IMG/VR virus record: IMGVR_UViG_3300036770_004485 | DNA length: 64,000 bases | DNA from: a virus | Strand: one strand, 5' to 3' | In this document: positions 56,701 to 64,000 of the stretch, piece by piece | How the letters are laid out: the number at the start of each line of letters is the position of its first letter | Numbering within the stretch: position 1 is the first letter of the stretch | The notes under the pieces: generated by a model | Told to the model about the DNA's origin: nothing | The model's input: the letters and a program-made list of their open reading frames with translations, nothing else | Database searches by the model: none | Made by a program: the position numbers and the translations under genes

Positions 56701-59700
56701 CATATCCATTGTTGACAGCAGTTGTGTATGCGACATAGCGAGCGTCGCAATTAGCAGCGGGTCGTTGTCTTACATTAGTAAGAATTGTATCTTGAGATAC
56801 TTCACTAATGACAGAACTTGAAGACCCAAGAATTGTCTCTGATGAAGTGGATTGTTGGAATATTGATTTATGAATCGCGGTCGATCTTACTGAAACAATA
56901 TTTTCTTCAGTGAATTCTAAAACTCCACTTGCAGGGAAAACAGTTTCCGCAGCAGTTGAATTTAGAGATGATATAAAATTGATTGTTGGTAAGGATGTTA
57001 GTTTTACAATTTTTGATCCAGTGATAAACTGAGGATTACTTGGTGCCGAGGGATCAGGAATGAATAACGAACCAATTACATTTCCAACTTCATCAGTGAT
57101 TAGTCTGATATTAGTTACTGTTGCCTGAGCTCCACTAGTTAGACCCTTTAAGACCATTCCTTGTCGTGGATGTCCAAAGTATTCTCCACTAGTGGTAGCG
57201 GAAAGAGAAGTAGTATCTACATTCAAAATTGTTGATGTAGATGAATATTCATCTGGTAAAGTAACTACTGAATTGTATGGATTAGAAGAAAATACTGATG
57301 TAGGTACATCATATGGACCATCTTTGTGATTTGCATATGCAACTCTAAATTTGAAGGTTGGTAGAATACCTCCAGGTGTAATATCAGTATCTGGAATATC
57401 TTTGAGCATTGTTCCAGTTACAGTCTCTCCAACTTGGAAAGTGCCACTGGTCATTTGAATTTCTAATAATTTAGGACAAACATAATCAATCATCCCAACA
57501 TTATCCAGAACTGGATAGACCTGAGTTCCAGGTCTCATTCTTGTTCCTCTAAACTCAATATTACGAGATCTCATGAAGGTAATATTTGTCCTATTCAGAA
57601 CTTTATTGCCAACATTTATCTTTTCAATATGAGGTGTTGTTCTTATAGCAACACCCTCTCGTGTTAATTGATGTAATTGAACTTCAGTAGTTGTTCTAAC
57701 TGTTTGTGTAGTAGTGGTTCTTATATCATCAGTAGTATTGAGTTGCTTTGTTGATGTGATTACCTGAGTCGTATCAGAAGTTCTTGTGTCTCTACCAACA
57801 ACAGTATCTACCCATGATCCCCATTCAATTTCAGCAAATCCACTTGCTTCATTAATGCCTAATCTCTGAACAGATGCTACGAAATCTGGTCCCTGAGCAT
57901 CAAATTCATTAGTTTTTATAATCTTTTGATCTACCCAAATATCTGAGGATGGATACAGAGTTAGAGTACCCATCCATTTCGTCACTAAGAACGGGTTTAC
58001 AGATTCAACTCTTGATGCAAAGATATTCTGCATCAAGATTAGATCTGCATAATTTAGAGTTAGCAAATCTCCAGTTTTTCTAAGATTTGGATCAATTACC
58101 TCATCATTGAACCTACTATCTCTAGTTGATGGAACTGATGCGCCTATTCCTGATATAGCAGTTGTTGCTAAAACTAAGTCAAGAGAGGTTGTAAAGTGTG
58201 GAGGTCTAAGTTCGTTATTATAAGTATCAATAGAACATGCAAAATCTGGATTTGATTGATCTTGAATAATGTGAGTTTTGAAATTGTCAACAAAAAATCC
58301 ACTCTTAAATCTATCAAATCCTCTTGCATCTTGTATGGTCAATGCTTCAGTTTCTTTTTCGAGTAAAGAAAGCGCAGTATAATATTCTAAATTGGTAATC
58401 CTCGTATCAAGGTTACCAATATCTTTCATTGTGTATCTCTTATGTTCTGCTCTTTTGATTTGAATCGAATCGAGAGAGAAAAGATATGGTGGTAAAGTTA
58501 TTGTTGCAACTTCTAGATTGCCATCCAAGTCAGCAGGTAATTGTGGACTTTCAGATGGAACTCCTCTGACCACATTGAATTTTCCGTTACTATCAAGATA
58601 AATTTTATCAATTCTGCCAAGATAGTACTGATAATTTAGTACAATGTTCTCATCAGATACTAAAATGTTTGAAACCGATTGACCACTTTGAGTAAAATCT
58701 CTAGAGGCAAAATCAAAGGGAGATCTGGTGCTACTTGTTGAATAATCACCAACTCTTGGTCTGATGTCTAAAATATCAGTGTTTCTGACTCCTTCAAATG
58801 AAGGAATATCGCCTGAATATAGTTCATTATCATAACTTTCTGATGTGAAAATATCTCCGGTATCACTTGATGGAACTTCAAAATTTTGAAATATAATTTT
58901 TACTCTTCTCTTTGGTTGAGGTCTGCCTTTTTTGAGAATTATTCTTCCATAATCATAAAAAGATGATCTTTGACCGTTATCTAAGATATAATCATTTGTT
59001 ACATTTTTATCAGATGGTCCAATATTTGCACAAATGCTTCCAATTTTTGAAACTTCTGCTGAAATGGTTTCTCCCAAAGAAAACACTTTCTCATTCAAAT
59101 AAACGATTTCAAATTGAGTCGAAGAAAGAGCAGAAACAATTCTTGCAACGGCTTTTGTGCTAGACCCAACAATTTTTTCGCCAAGTATAAAATCAGAAGT
59201 TGATTGTGTTGGACCACTAATAGATGTTAATGTTATAGATGGCAAATTTGGATCATTTGAATCATCGGATTCAAATATTCCAAGAATTCTTAAAACATCT
59301 GGTTTATTCAACGATATTTCTTTATCTTGTACGCGGGTTCCATAAACATTACTATAAATCAAACCATCTCCAAGAGTAGTTGATCCAATTCCAGAAGACG
59401 GATTTGAAGAACGGGATACTATTATTGAAGATACATTTTTGAGTAATTTTTTCTTTTCTACAACTTTATTTTTGTTTAGTACAGCACTAACTCTAATATT
59501 GGATTCCGATGCTCTTGATAATCCAGATATAGTAACATTTTTTGCATTTGTTGATACTTGTACTTTATCACTAGTCAAAGGTTCTATGGTTCCGTCGCGG
59601 TATGCAACATGATATCTTTCTTCATCGAATGGCAGATAATATTCATTATCTACTGCTGTTGGTAAAGAGAGAGCACTAGACGCAGAAGAAACATTAGTAA

Positions 59701-61783
59701 AAAACTTTTTAATAATTAAGTCTGAAGATCCCAAATCAACGCTGTCAATGTTGTTTTGATTTAATCTAGTAAATAGAGAATTATCTTCAACGTTGATTAG
59801 ATTGCCAGAGACAACCTCTAAGTTTGTAATTGTTTGACTAGTAGTTGGAGCAGATCCATCAACTACATTTGTTACCGTTTGAATTCCTGCTAGAGTTATA
59901 CTAGTTCCGCCAGATCCAATACTTTCAACTTTTAGAACAATAGGAGATACAACGTCAATGGCATTGAATCTAACAAGATCATTTGTAGTAATAATACCGA
60001 CAAAGGTTCCTTGTGGAGCAGATATAGTACTTACGCCAGGGTTTCCACTTCTAGCAGTTATCGTGAATGGATTCGAAAATCTACTTTTAGTGGTCAGTTT
60101 TAGATCAGCGTTGAATGTAGAAACACCTACAGTTGTTCCCTGATATATTGATTTGACGTTTGATATATCATAATTTGTGCTTATTGATACTGTTGTATTA
60201 TAATCAATTCCATCAATTACTAGTTTTTCCCCTCTATTAAACGTTCCTCTAACTTGCCTTAGATTGAAGGTTGAAATTCCAGATGCATCTTCAACAACAA
60301 AACCAGAAGCACCACTATACTTTCCTTCAACAAATGCTCCTGATCTTAATGAAGCAAAAGGTTGAGTTACTTCTAGTTTTGTATAAGGGGAAATGTCAAA
60401 AAGTCTTAGTGTATATTCTGATTCTGGACCTACAAATACTTGAGATTCTAAGTTATAATCATAAATTCTGCATTCACCAATAGCATTACCTGACGGAGCA
60501 GTTGATGCTACTCCAACTCTTTGATCTCTGAGAGTGGCAGCAATCGTAGTTCCAAATCCTACGACAGGAGAACCATGAATATTATTGATGACAATTTTTG
60601 GACCCACAGAGAGAGGAACTGCTTCTGCAAATACTTGTCTTGTCGTTCTTGGTTTTTCAATGTCAATTACAGTATCTGTTTGTTTATTAACTTCAAAACC
60701 TCTAACATATGCTTTTCCTGAGGAAATAACATACTCCATCAAAGAATCTGATGGAGTATTGCCTTGATATGTGAAATCTCCTTGATTGTAAATACCGTCA
60801 TTACCAAGGTAATTATTTAAAGTATTTTTTACTGATATATCAAATGATTTGATGTAATAATCGCCAGATTCATCATAAGTTCTTCTAGCAAATTCTGCCT
60901 TGATATAATTATAATCAGTGTTTTCAACAAACGTTTCTATTTCACCATTTTGTATTCTCATCAATTCAACAAAACTTGGATCATCATTATCAATGATGAG
61001 TTTTGAAACCAAAGATGCTGTAATTTTTAATCTATCCGCTCCTGGAGCAGAATAATTACTAAAACCTTGTGCATTGTCGTTTAGAGACGGATCTTCATCT
61101 GCGTTTATTATTTCTTCTTGAATGGATAAACCTACCTTTACAGTTGGTGTTGGGGAATACTGCGAAAGAATGATTGTTTGAGGATTAATAGTTACAAAAT
61201 TTCCCCTCAAAAAATAAACACCAGATTGAATATTAGCTGCGGACCCTTGAACGTTTGATTCAACAGAAATAGCATTAGCAAATCCTTGATTTGCTGAAAT
61301 TGTTGTGTTACCGTAAGAAAGAGTTTCTAATAAAATTAAAGTTTCGCCGTCTTGAAATGTTCCAGTTACAAAATCAGATCCAGATTTAACAACATTAAAG
61401 TATAGCGTAAACAAAGTTCTCTCAGATTCTGTATCCGAAAGAACATATTCAACTCTTGCTTCTACACCAGAATTTTGACCTCTTATAGTTTTTCCAATCA
61501 GTTGAGATGCATATAGTGAAACTGGAATCCCAAGATATGAAGACTCTATACAAACTCCAGGAAAAACATCAAGATATGATAGTTGCCCAGGAATTACTTT
61601 AGATCCTTCTTTGAAAAAATGCGTGCCAAATTTTTCAATTTGATCTTGAAGTATTGACTGTAAACCAGTCAGTTCTCTTGCTTGTACAGGAGTTCCTGGT
61701 TTAAAAAGAATTCTATGGAAATTTTTTGCTGGATCAAAATCATCATGATATGGAGAAATGTTGAGATTGGTTTCCTGTGGCAT
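53786..61783 (-). CDS. Giant virion structural protein (VrlC/DUF4815-like)
   Basis: 2665 aa; MPQETNLNISPYHDDFD..FKPGTPVQARELT, RRTYDESGDY, GFFVDNF, DPLAQSF; follows gp8. Confidence 0.88.
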   Translation of the reverse strand: MPQETNLNISPYHDDFDPAKNFHRILFKPGTPVQARELTGLQSILQDQIEKFGTHFFKEGSKVIPGQLSYLDVFPGVCIESSYLGIPVSLYASQLIGKTIRGQNSGVEARVEYVLSDTESERTLFTLYFNVVKSGSDFVTGTFQDGETLILLETLSYGNTTISANQGFANAISVESNVQGSAANIQSGVYFLRGNFVTINPQTIILSQYSPTPTVKVGLSIQEEIINADEDPSLNDNAQGFSNYSAPGADRLKITASLVSKLIIDNDDPSFVELMRIQNGEIETFVENTDYNYIKAEFARRTYDESGDYYIKSFDISVKNTLNNYLGNDGIYNQGDFTYQGNTPSDSLMEYVISSGKAYVRGFEVNKQTDTVIDIEKPRTTRQVFAEAVPLSVGPKIVINNIHGSPVVGFGTTIAATLRDQRVGVASTAPSGNAIGECRIYDYNLESQVFVGPESEYTLRLFDISPYTKLEVTQPFASLRSGAFVEGKYSGASGFVVEDASGISTFNLRQVRGTFNRGEKLVIDGIDYNTTVSISTNYDISNVKSIYQGTTVGVSTFNADLKLTTKSRFSNPFTITARSGNPGVSTISAPQGTFVGIITTNDLVRFNAIDVVSPIVLKVESIGSGGTSITLAGIQTVTNVVDGSAPTTSQTITNLEVVSGNLINVEDNSLFTRLNQNNIDSVDLGSSDLIIKKFFTNVSSASSALSLPTAVDNEYYLPFDEERYHVAYRDGTIEPLTSDKVQVSTNAKNVTISGLSRASESNIRVSAVLNKNKVVEKKKLLKNVSSIIVSRSSNPSSGIGSTTLGDGLIYSNVYGTRVQDKEISLNKPDVLRILGIFESDDSNDPNLPSITLTSISGPTQSTSDFILGEKIVGSSTKAVARIVSALSSTQFEIVYLNEKVFSLGETISAEVSKIGSICANIGPSDKNVTNDYILDNGQRSSFYDYGRIILKKGRPQPKRRVKIIFQNFEVPSSDTGDIFTSESYDNELYSGDIPSFEGVRNTDILDIRPRVGDYSTSSTRSPFDFASRDFTQSGQSVSNILVSDENIVLNYQYYLGRIDKIYLDSNGKFNVVRGVPSESPQLPADLDGNLEVATITLPPYLFSLDSIQIKRAEHKRYTMKDIGNLDTRITNLEYYTALSLLEKETEALTIQDARGFDRFKSGFFVDNFKTHIIQDQSNPDFACSIDTYNNELRPPHFTTSLDLVLATTAISGIGASVPSTRDSRFNDEVIDPNLRKTGDLLTLNYADLILMQNIFASRVESVNPFLVTKWMGTLTLYPSSDIWVDQKIIKTNEFDAQGPDFVASVQRLGINEASGFAEIEWGSWVDTVVGRDTRTSDTTQVITSTKQLNTTDDIRTTTTQTVRTTTEVQLHQLTREGVAIRTTPHIEKINVGNKVLNRTNITFMRSRNIEFRGTRMRPGTQVYPVLDNVGMIDYVCPKLLEIQMTSGTFQVGETVTGTMLKDIPDTDITPGGILPTFKFRVAYANHKDGPYDVPTSVFSSNPYNSVVTLPDEYSSTSTILNVDTTSLSATTSGEYFGHPRQGMVLKGLTSGAQATVTNIRLITDEVGNVIGSLFIPDPSAPSNPQFITGSKIVKLTSLPTINFISSLNSTAAETVFPASGVLEFTEENIVSVRSTAIHKSIFQQSTSSETILGSSSSVISEVSQDTILTNVRQRPAANCDARYVAYTTAVNNGYGSYTEYARAVGDYEAGLIYNTAALLTRPGAPRECGATSPSSSSSRRAGGTRGFEGRTRTPDRSGGRIYNFDSSGRLIPTGNLGSTRTLYTSTRISGTSSRSYRSSSSSSSRGGRSSGGGRSYNFDAGGNLIATANLGSTQTAFTSNCSSPRDPLAQSFFINSAEGAFITAIEVFFQAKDTVLPVTMQIRTMRDGTPTTSVVPFSELDLMPSEVNISDDASIPTKFTFKSPVYLKGNTEYSFVLLADTPNYGVWISRMGEEDITNSLTNPDAPRPVIAQQPLLGSLFKSQNGSTWDASQFEDIKFTMYRAQFTTNTRANATFYNPILSLGNGGIVKLGENPVEVLSKRIIVGLGTTLSSAQEAIVVQGINISQVNNITASGVVIDTYGAIGLGNSVGIINAGIGYTPSSGIETYTNVSLTTLSGYGKNATASVTVNNGGITSCFITNGGTGYSVGDELGITTLGSSTLGRNARLSVGIISAINSIELDSVQGIFNTGSASTITYRNQSTGAVTVLTGVVADSITENSLYDGLHLNVRNRNHGMYSSSNVVKLTNIRSDMRPTTIVANVDQTAASNIAIANTSKFEIFENVGVGTTNPGYALLGNEIISYTGVNGSELTGISRNIDNSGSFLHNAGEYITKYELNGISLRRINKVHTLGDATVENARELDNFYVKIDTSTNGIDRSTNAGHPKLYFNSTKKVGGDTVTSTKNIQFETITPNVQTLILPGTSLNASVRTTSATSVDGVESPFVDLGYESVSLDKPNDLSTPRIVASKLNEDSILTNLPANRSFTFDLEFNSNNSFVSPAVDLDRVNMVFTSNRLNMPISDYTTDNSVTITGRDPNSAVYITKKVDLSNPANSIKVLFSAYRHESSDIRVLYKIYTNDANIDSVPYDLFPGYNNIDDLGNIIDKSNNNGLPNAYVTPSKPGEYKDYEFFVDDLPEFTAFSIKIIMSGTNQAQPPKIKDLRVIAVR

Positions 61784-61787
61784 TTTC

Positions 61788-63335
61788 TTAGAATTCTAAA
61801 ACAATTTTAATATCTTCTTTTTGATTTGAGGATCTCAATACAGACGGTCTGTTATCAATGTAAATGATTTCACCGCTCTGTCTTTGAACTTCTGGATTTG
61901 ATATTCCCTTATCAAAAGTTTGCCCTAGGTAATAGGTCTTACTATTTAGAACGGTAGAGACACCACTAAATGAAGTGTCTATAGCAACCGTAGCATTTCC
62001 ACCATTGATATTAAATGATCCTGTTCCATTATGAGTATTTTGGAACCTTAGTAATTTGTAACCATATAAAGGCGGTGTTCCAACAGTTGCTGAAGTTGCT
62101 ACTTGATTATCTTGCCAATACTTTATAACTCCAGTCGTAGAGTCCCAAGAAACAACTCTACCAATGGCAGTAGAACCAATACCGATTGTTTGAGTTATAA
62201 TATCATCCGGATTAAAAACAATATTAGACAAATTACTTGCCGTAACTTTTAGAGCATAGACACCACTAGCTTTGCTTGCGGTCAATGTAGATGTTGAATT
62301 ATAAACCAAAGGATCTTTTACAATTCCAATTCTAGCAAATTCATTACCAGTTATAAAGTCAGGGTTAGTATCATCATTTTCTAAACGAGAATACACCATA
62401 ACTTTACGAGCTCCAAGTTCATGGTATATGTTGCTTCCATGCCCCCCAATAGGAGGTATAATTACATTTGTTGCAGCATCAGTGCTGGAAGATGAATTAG
62501 TAATACCAGAACCGTCTAGATCTAAAGTTCCAAAGGAATATCCAGATCCACCATTAGATATATCAACTGATTCAATTTTTCCTTCGGCGTTTACAGTTAC
62601 ACTTGCTTTTGCTCCTTCTCCGTCACCCAAAATACTAACATTTGAATATGTAGTTGCAGTTCCATATCCAGAACCACGATTCGTTATCGTGACAATTTTT
62701 AATTGTCCACTAGTCGCAGCATTGTCTCTAACTGCAGCATTATCAGAAGAAGTTGACCAATTTTCTGGAATGGGTATAAAATTAGTAGATTCAAATCTTA
62801 AAATGTCCGTTGGAGTTAATGTGTAAAGATATTTCCAAACATATCCATCACCACTGCTTCCTGCAGCTCTTGGTTCTAAATCTGTAAATAGTGGTTCATC
62901 CAGTGAAGGTTTTCCAGTTGGATTTTCTGGAGAAATGCCATTATCCAAGCAAACATAAACTCTATAGTCTCTGTTGAGGACATAATATTTTGCACTATAA
63001 AGATTAGTTGCACTTGATACAGGGGCAAGATTGTTTCTACTATAATCTTGCCTATACATATCATACTTTTCACCAGAAGTCCAAATATATTTGTCAATAA
63101 CTCTTCTAACATCAGAAGAATTAATTCTTTTCATTGCAATGATTGAGTCCCAATATCTGTTGGAGTCTTCAAAAGAATCAACTGGTGCTGGAGGACTTGT
63201 GTTCCAAGTCGGACTTATATTAGTTGCATTTGGCAAACCAATCCAAACGTAATAAGAACTGGTAGTGGAAGCAATACCAGATCTAAAGTTACTTGCATTT
63301 AGAATACGAAGCTGTTCAGTTATAATGGCAGACAT
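61788..63335 (-). CDS. gp8: Baseplate wedge subunit gp8
   Basis: MSAIITEQLRILNA, KYYVLNRDYRVYVCLDN, DGYVWKYLY, GEIIYIDNR..EDIKIVLEF. Confidence 0.92.
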   Translation of the reverse strand: MSAIITEQLRILNASNFRSGIASTTSSYYVWIGLPNATNISPTWNTSPPAPVDSFEDSNRYWDSIIAMKRINSSDVRRVIDKYIWTSGEKYDMYRQDYSRNNLAPVSSATNLYSAKYYVLNRDYRVYVCLDNGISPENPTGKPSLDEPLFTDLEPRAAGSSGDGYVWKYLYTLTPTDILRFESTNFIPIPENWSTSSDNAAVRDNAATSGQLKIVTITNRGSGYGTATTYSNVSILGDGEGAKASVTVNAEGKIESVDISNGGSGYSFGTLDLDGSGITNSSSSTDAATNVIIPPIGGHGSNIYHELGARKVMVYSRLENDDTNPDFITGNEFARIGIVKDPLVYNSTSTLTASKASGVYALKVTASNLSNIVFNPDDIITQTIGIGSTAIGRVVSWDSTTGVIKYWQDNQVATSATVGTPPLYGYKLLRFQNTHNGTGSFNINGGNATVAIDTSFSGVSTVLNSKTYYLGQTFDKGISNPEVQRQSGEIIYIDNRPSVLRSSNQKEDIKIVLEF

Positions 63336-63352
63336 TTGGACTTTTTTCTAGT

Positions 63353-63360
63353 TATTTATG
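63353..63360 (-). promoter_or_regulatory. Late promoter CATAAATA for gp8
   Basis: Overlaps the upstream stop codon. Confidence 0.7.
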
Positions 63361-64000
63361 TTAGGTATCCAACCGATTTTAGAGGAGTTCGTCTTACAAC
63401 AACAGGAGATGTTGAAATTCCCAATAATCCATTGTTCAAAATCGGAGTAAATGTTTTTGCAATACCAGATCTGGTAAAGTTTCTAAGTTTACCCCAACTA
63501 TATTGACCATAAAAATCACTATATCCAATTCCAGATAGTCCATTATAACTAGAAACGCTGACCGTAACTTTTGCAACATAAGTTGTACCAAATCCAACTG
63601 CATCTGTCGTCGCTACTGAAACTGAAATCGCTTCATAAACATTATCTAAGAATGAAGTGCCAATTCCATACACCGAACCAGAAAGATCTAAAGATGTGAC
63701 GCCATTTCCTACATTGGAATCATAAACAACGAATGGGAATCCAGATGCAATGTTAGAAATTGTCTGTATTCCAGATGGTCCAACATAAGCAGAACTTCTT
63801 AGAGGTGAATCCGCAGGTATTAGTAAGTCAAATACAAGTCCTGTTGATGCTAAACCAACTGAAGTAGTCGCTACGCCAGTTATTATTCCAAAGTCTCCAG
63901 AATAATTGACATTGTATATGACTTCTTTGTCAAATTTTGGTTGTTCAATCAATACTACTGGAGGATTTGTAAAAGTATATGCAGATCCAGGAGAACTAAG
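63356..64000 (-). CDS. gp7: C-terminal part of baseplate wedge initiator gp7 (starts beyond the window)
   Basis: Frame is open from base 64000 (LSSPGSAYTFTNPPVVLIEQP...); YGQYSWGK tail; directly precedes gp8. Confidence 0.75.
   Translation of the reverse strand, partial: LSSPGSAYTFTNPPVVLIEQPKFDKEVIYNVNYSGDFGIITGVATTSVGLASTGLVFDLLIPADSPLRSSAYVGPSGIQTISNIASGFPFVVYDSNVGNGVTSLDLSGSVYGIGTSFLDNVYEAISVSVATTDAVGFGTTYVAKVTVSVSSYNGLSGIGYSDFYGQYSWGKLRNFTRSGIAKTFTPILNNGLLGISTSPVVVRRTPLKSVGYLT

Noticed and set aside
63356-63952. ORF-track call of a complete 198-aa gene
   Set aside because: The frame stays open to base 64000; it is the C-terminus of a larger gene (gp7).
1-64000. tRNA genes, CRISPR arrays, IS elements, DGR/reverse transcriptase, photosynthesis genes
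   Set aside because: None seen; intergenic gaps are short and explained by promoters and terminators. A by-eye scan could miss degenerate elements.

Overview
This window is a core segment of a T4-like cyanomyovirus (Kyanoviridae-type Synechococcus/Prochlorococcus phage). The assignment rests on gene order and cyanophage-typical genes (cobS-like AAA+, hsp20, mazG, speD, 2OG-Fe(II) oxygenases, cytidyltransferase-like gene, VrlC-like giant structural protein). Every convincing gene is on the minus strand. Read in transcription order (right to left) the window holds: the end of baseplate gp7, gp8, a 2665-aa structural protein, neck/tail gp13-15, terminase gp16, an 8-kb variable island, gp17-gp23 head/tail genes, gp3, uvsY/uvsW, late sigma gp55, gp47/46, a VWA-peptidase + AAA+ pair split by denV-like/speD, clamp/clamp loader, dam, regA, hsp20, polymerase gp43, uvsX, helicase gp41, mazG, late cargo-like genes, and the start of primase gp61. 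I saw no tRNA, CRISPR array, intron or intein. Four leads stand out. (1) A possible phage RNA-regulatory layer: a late, ORF-less ~76-nt RNA with its own promoter and terminator, a thermometer-like hsp20 leader, three Sm/Hfq-like paralogues and an antisense sigma70 promoter. (2) A set of late proteins with T4 capsid-targeting-like N-termini and/or Glu-delimited shuffled modules, including a nucleotidyltransferase, which looks like head-packaged, protease-processed, injected cargo. (3) An 18-bp palindrome at the same distance from the -10 box upstream of both the AAA+ and the VWA-peptidase genes. (4) A late restriction-like nuclease. All protein family calls come from motif recognition by eye; no database search was run.
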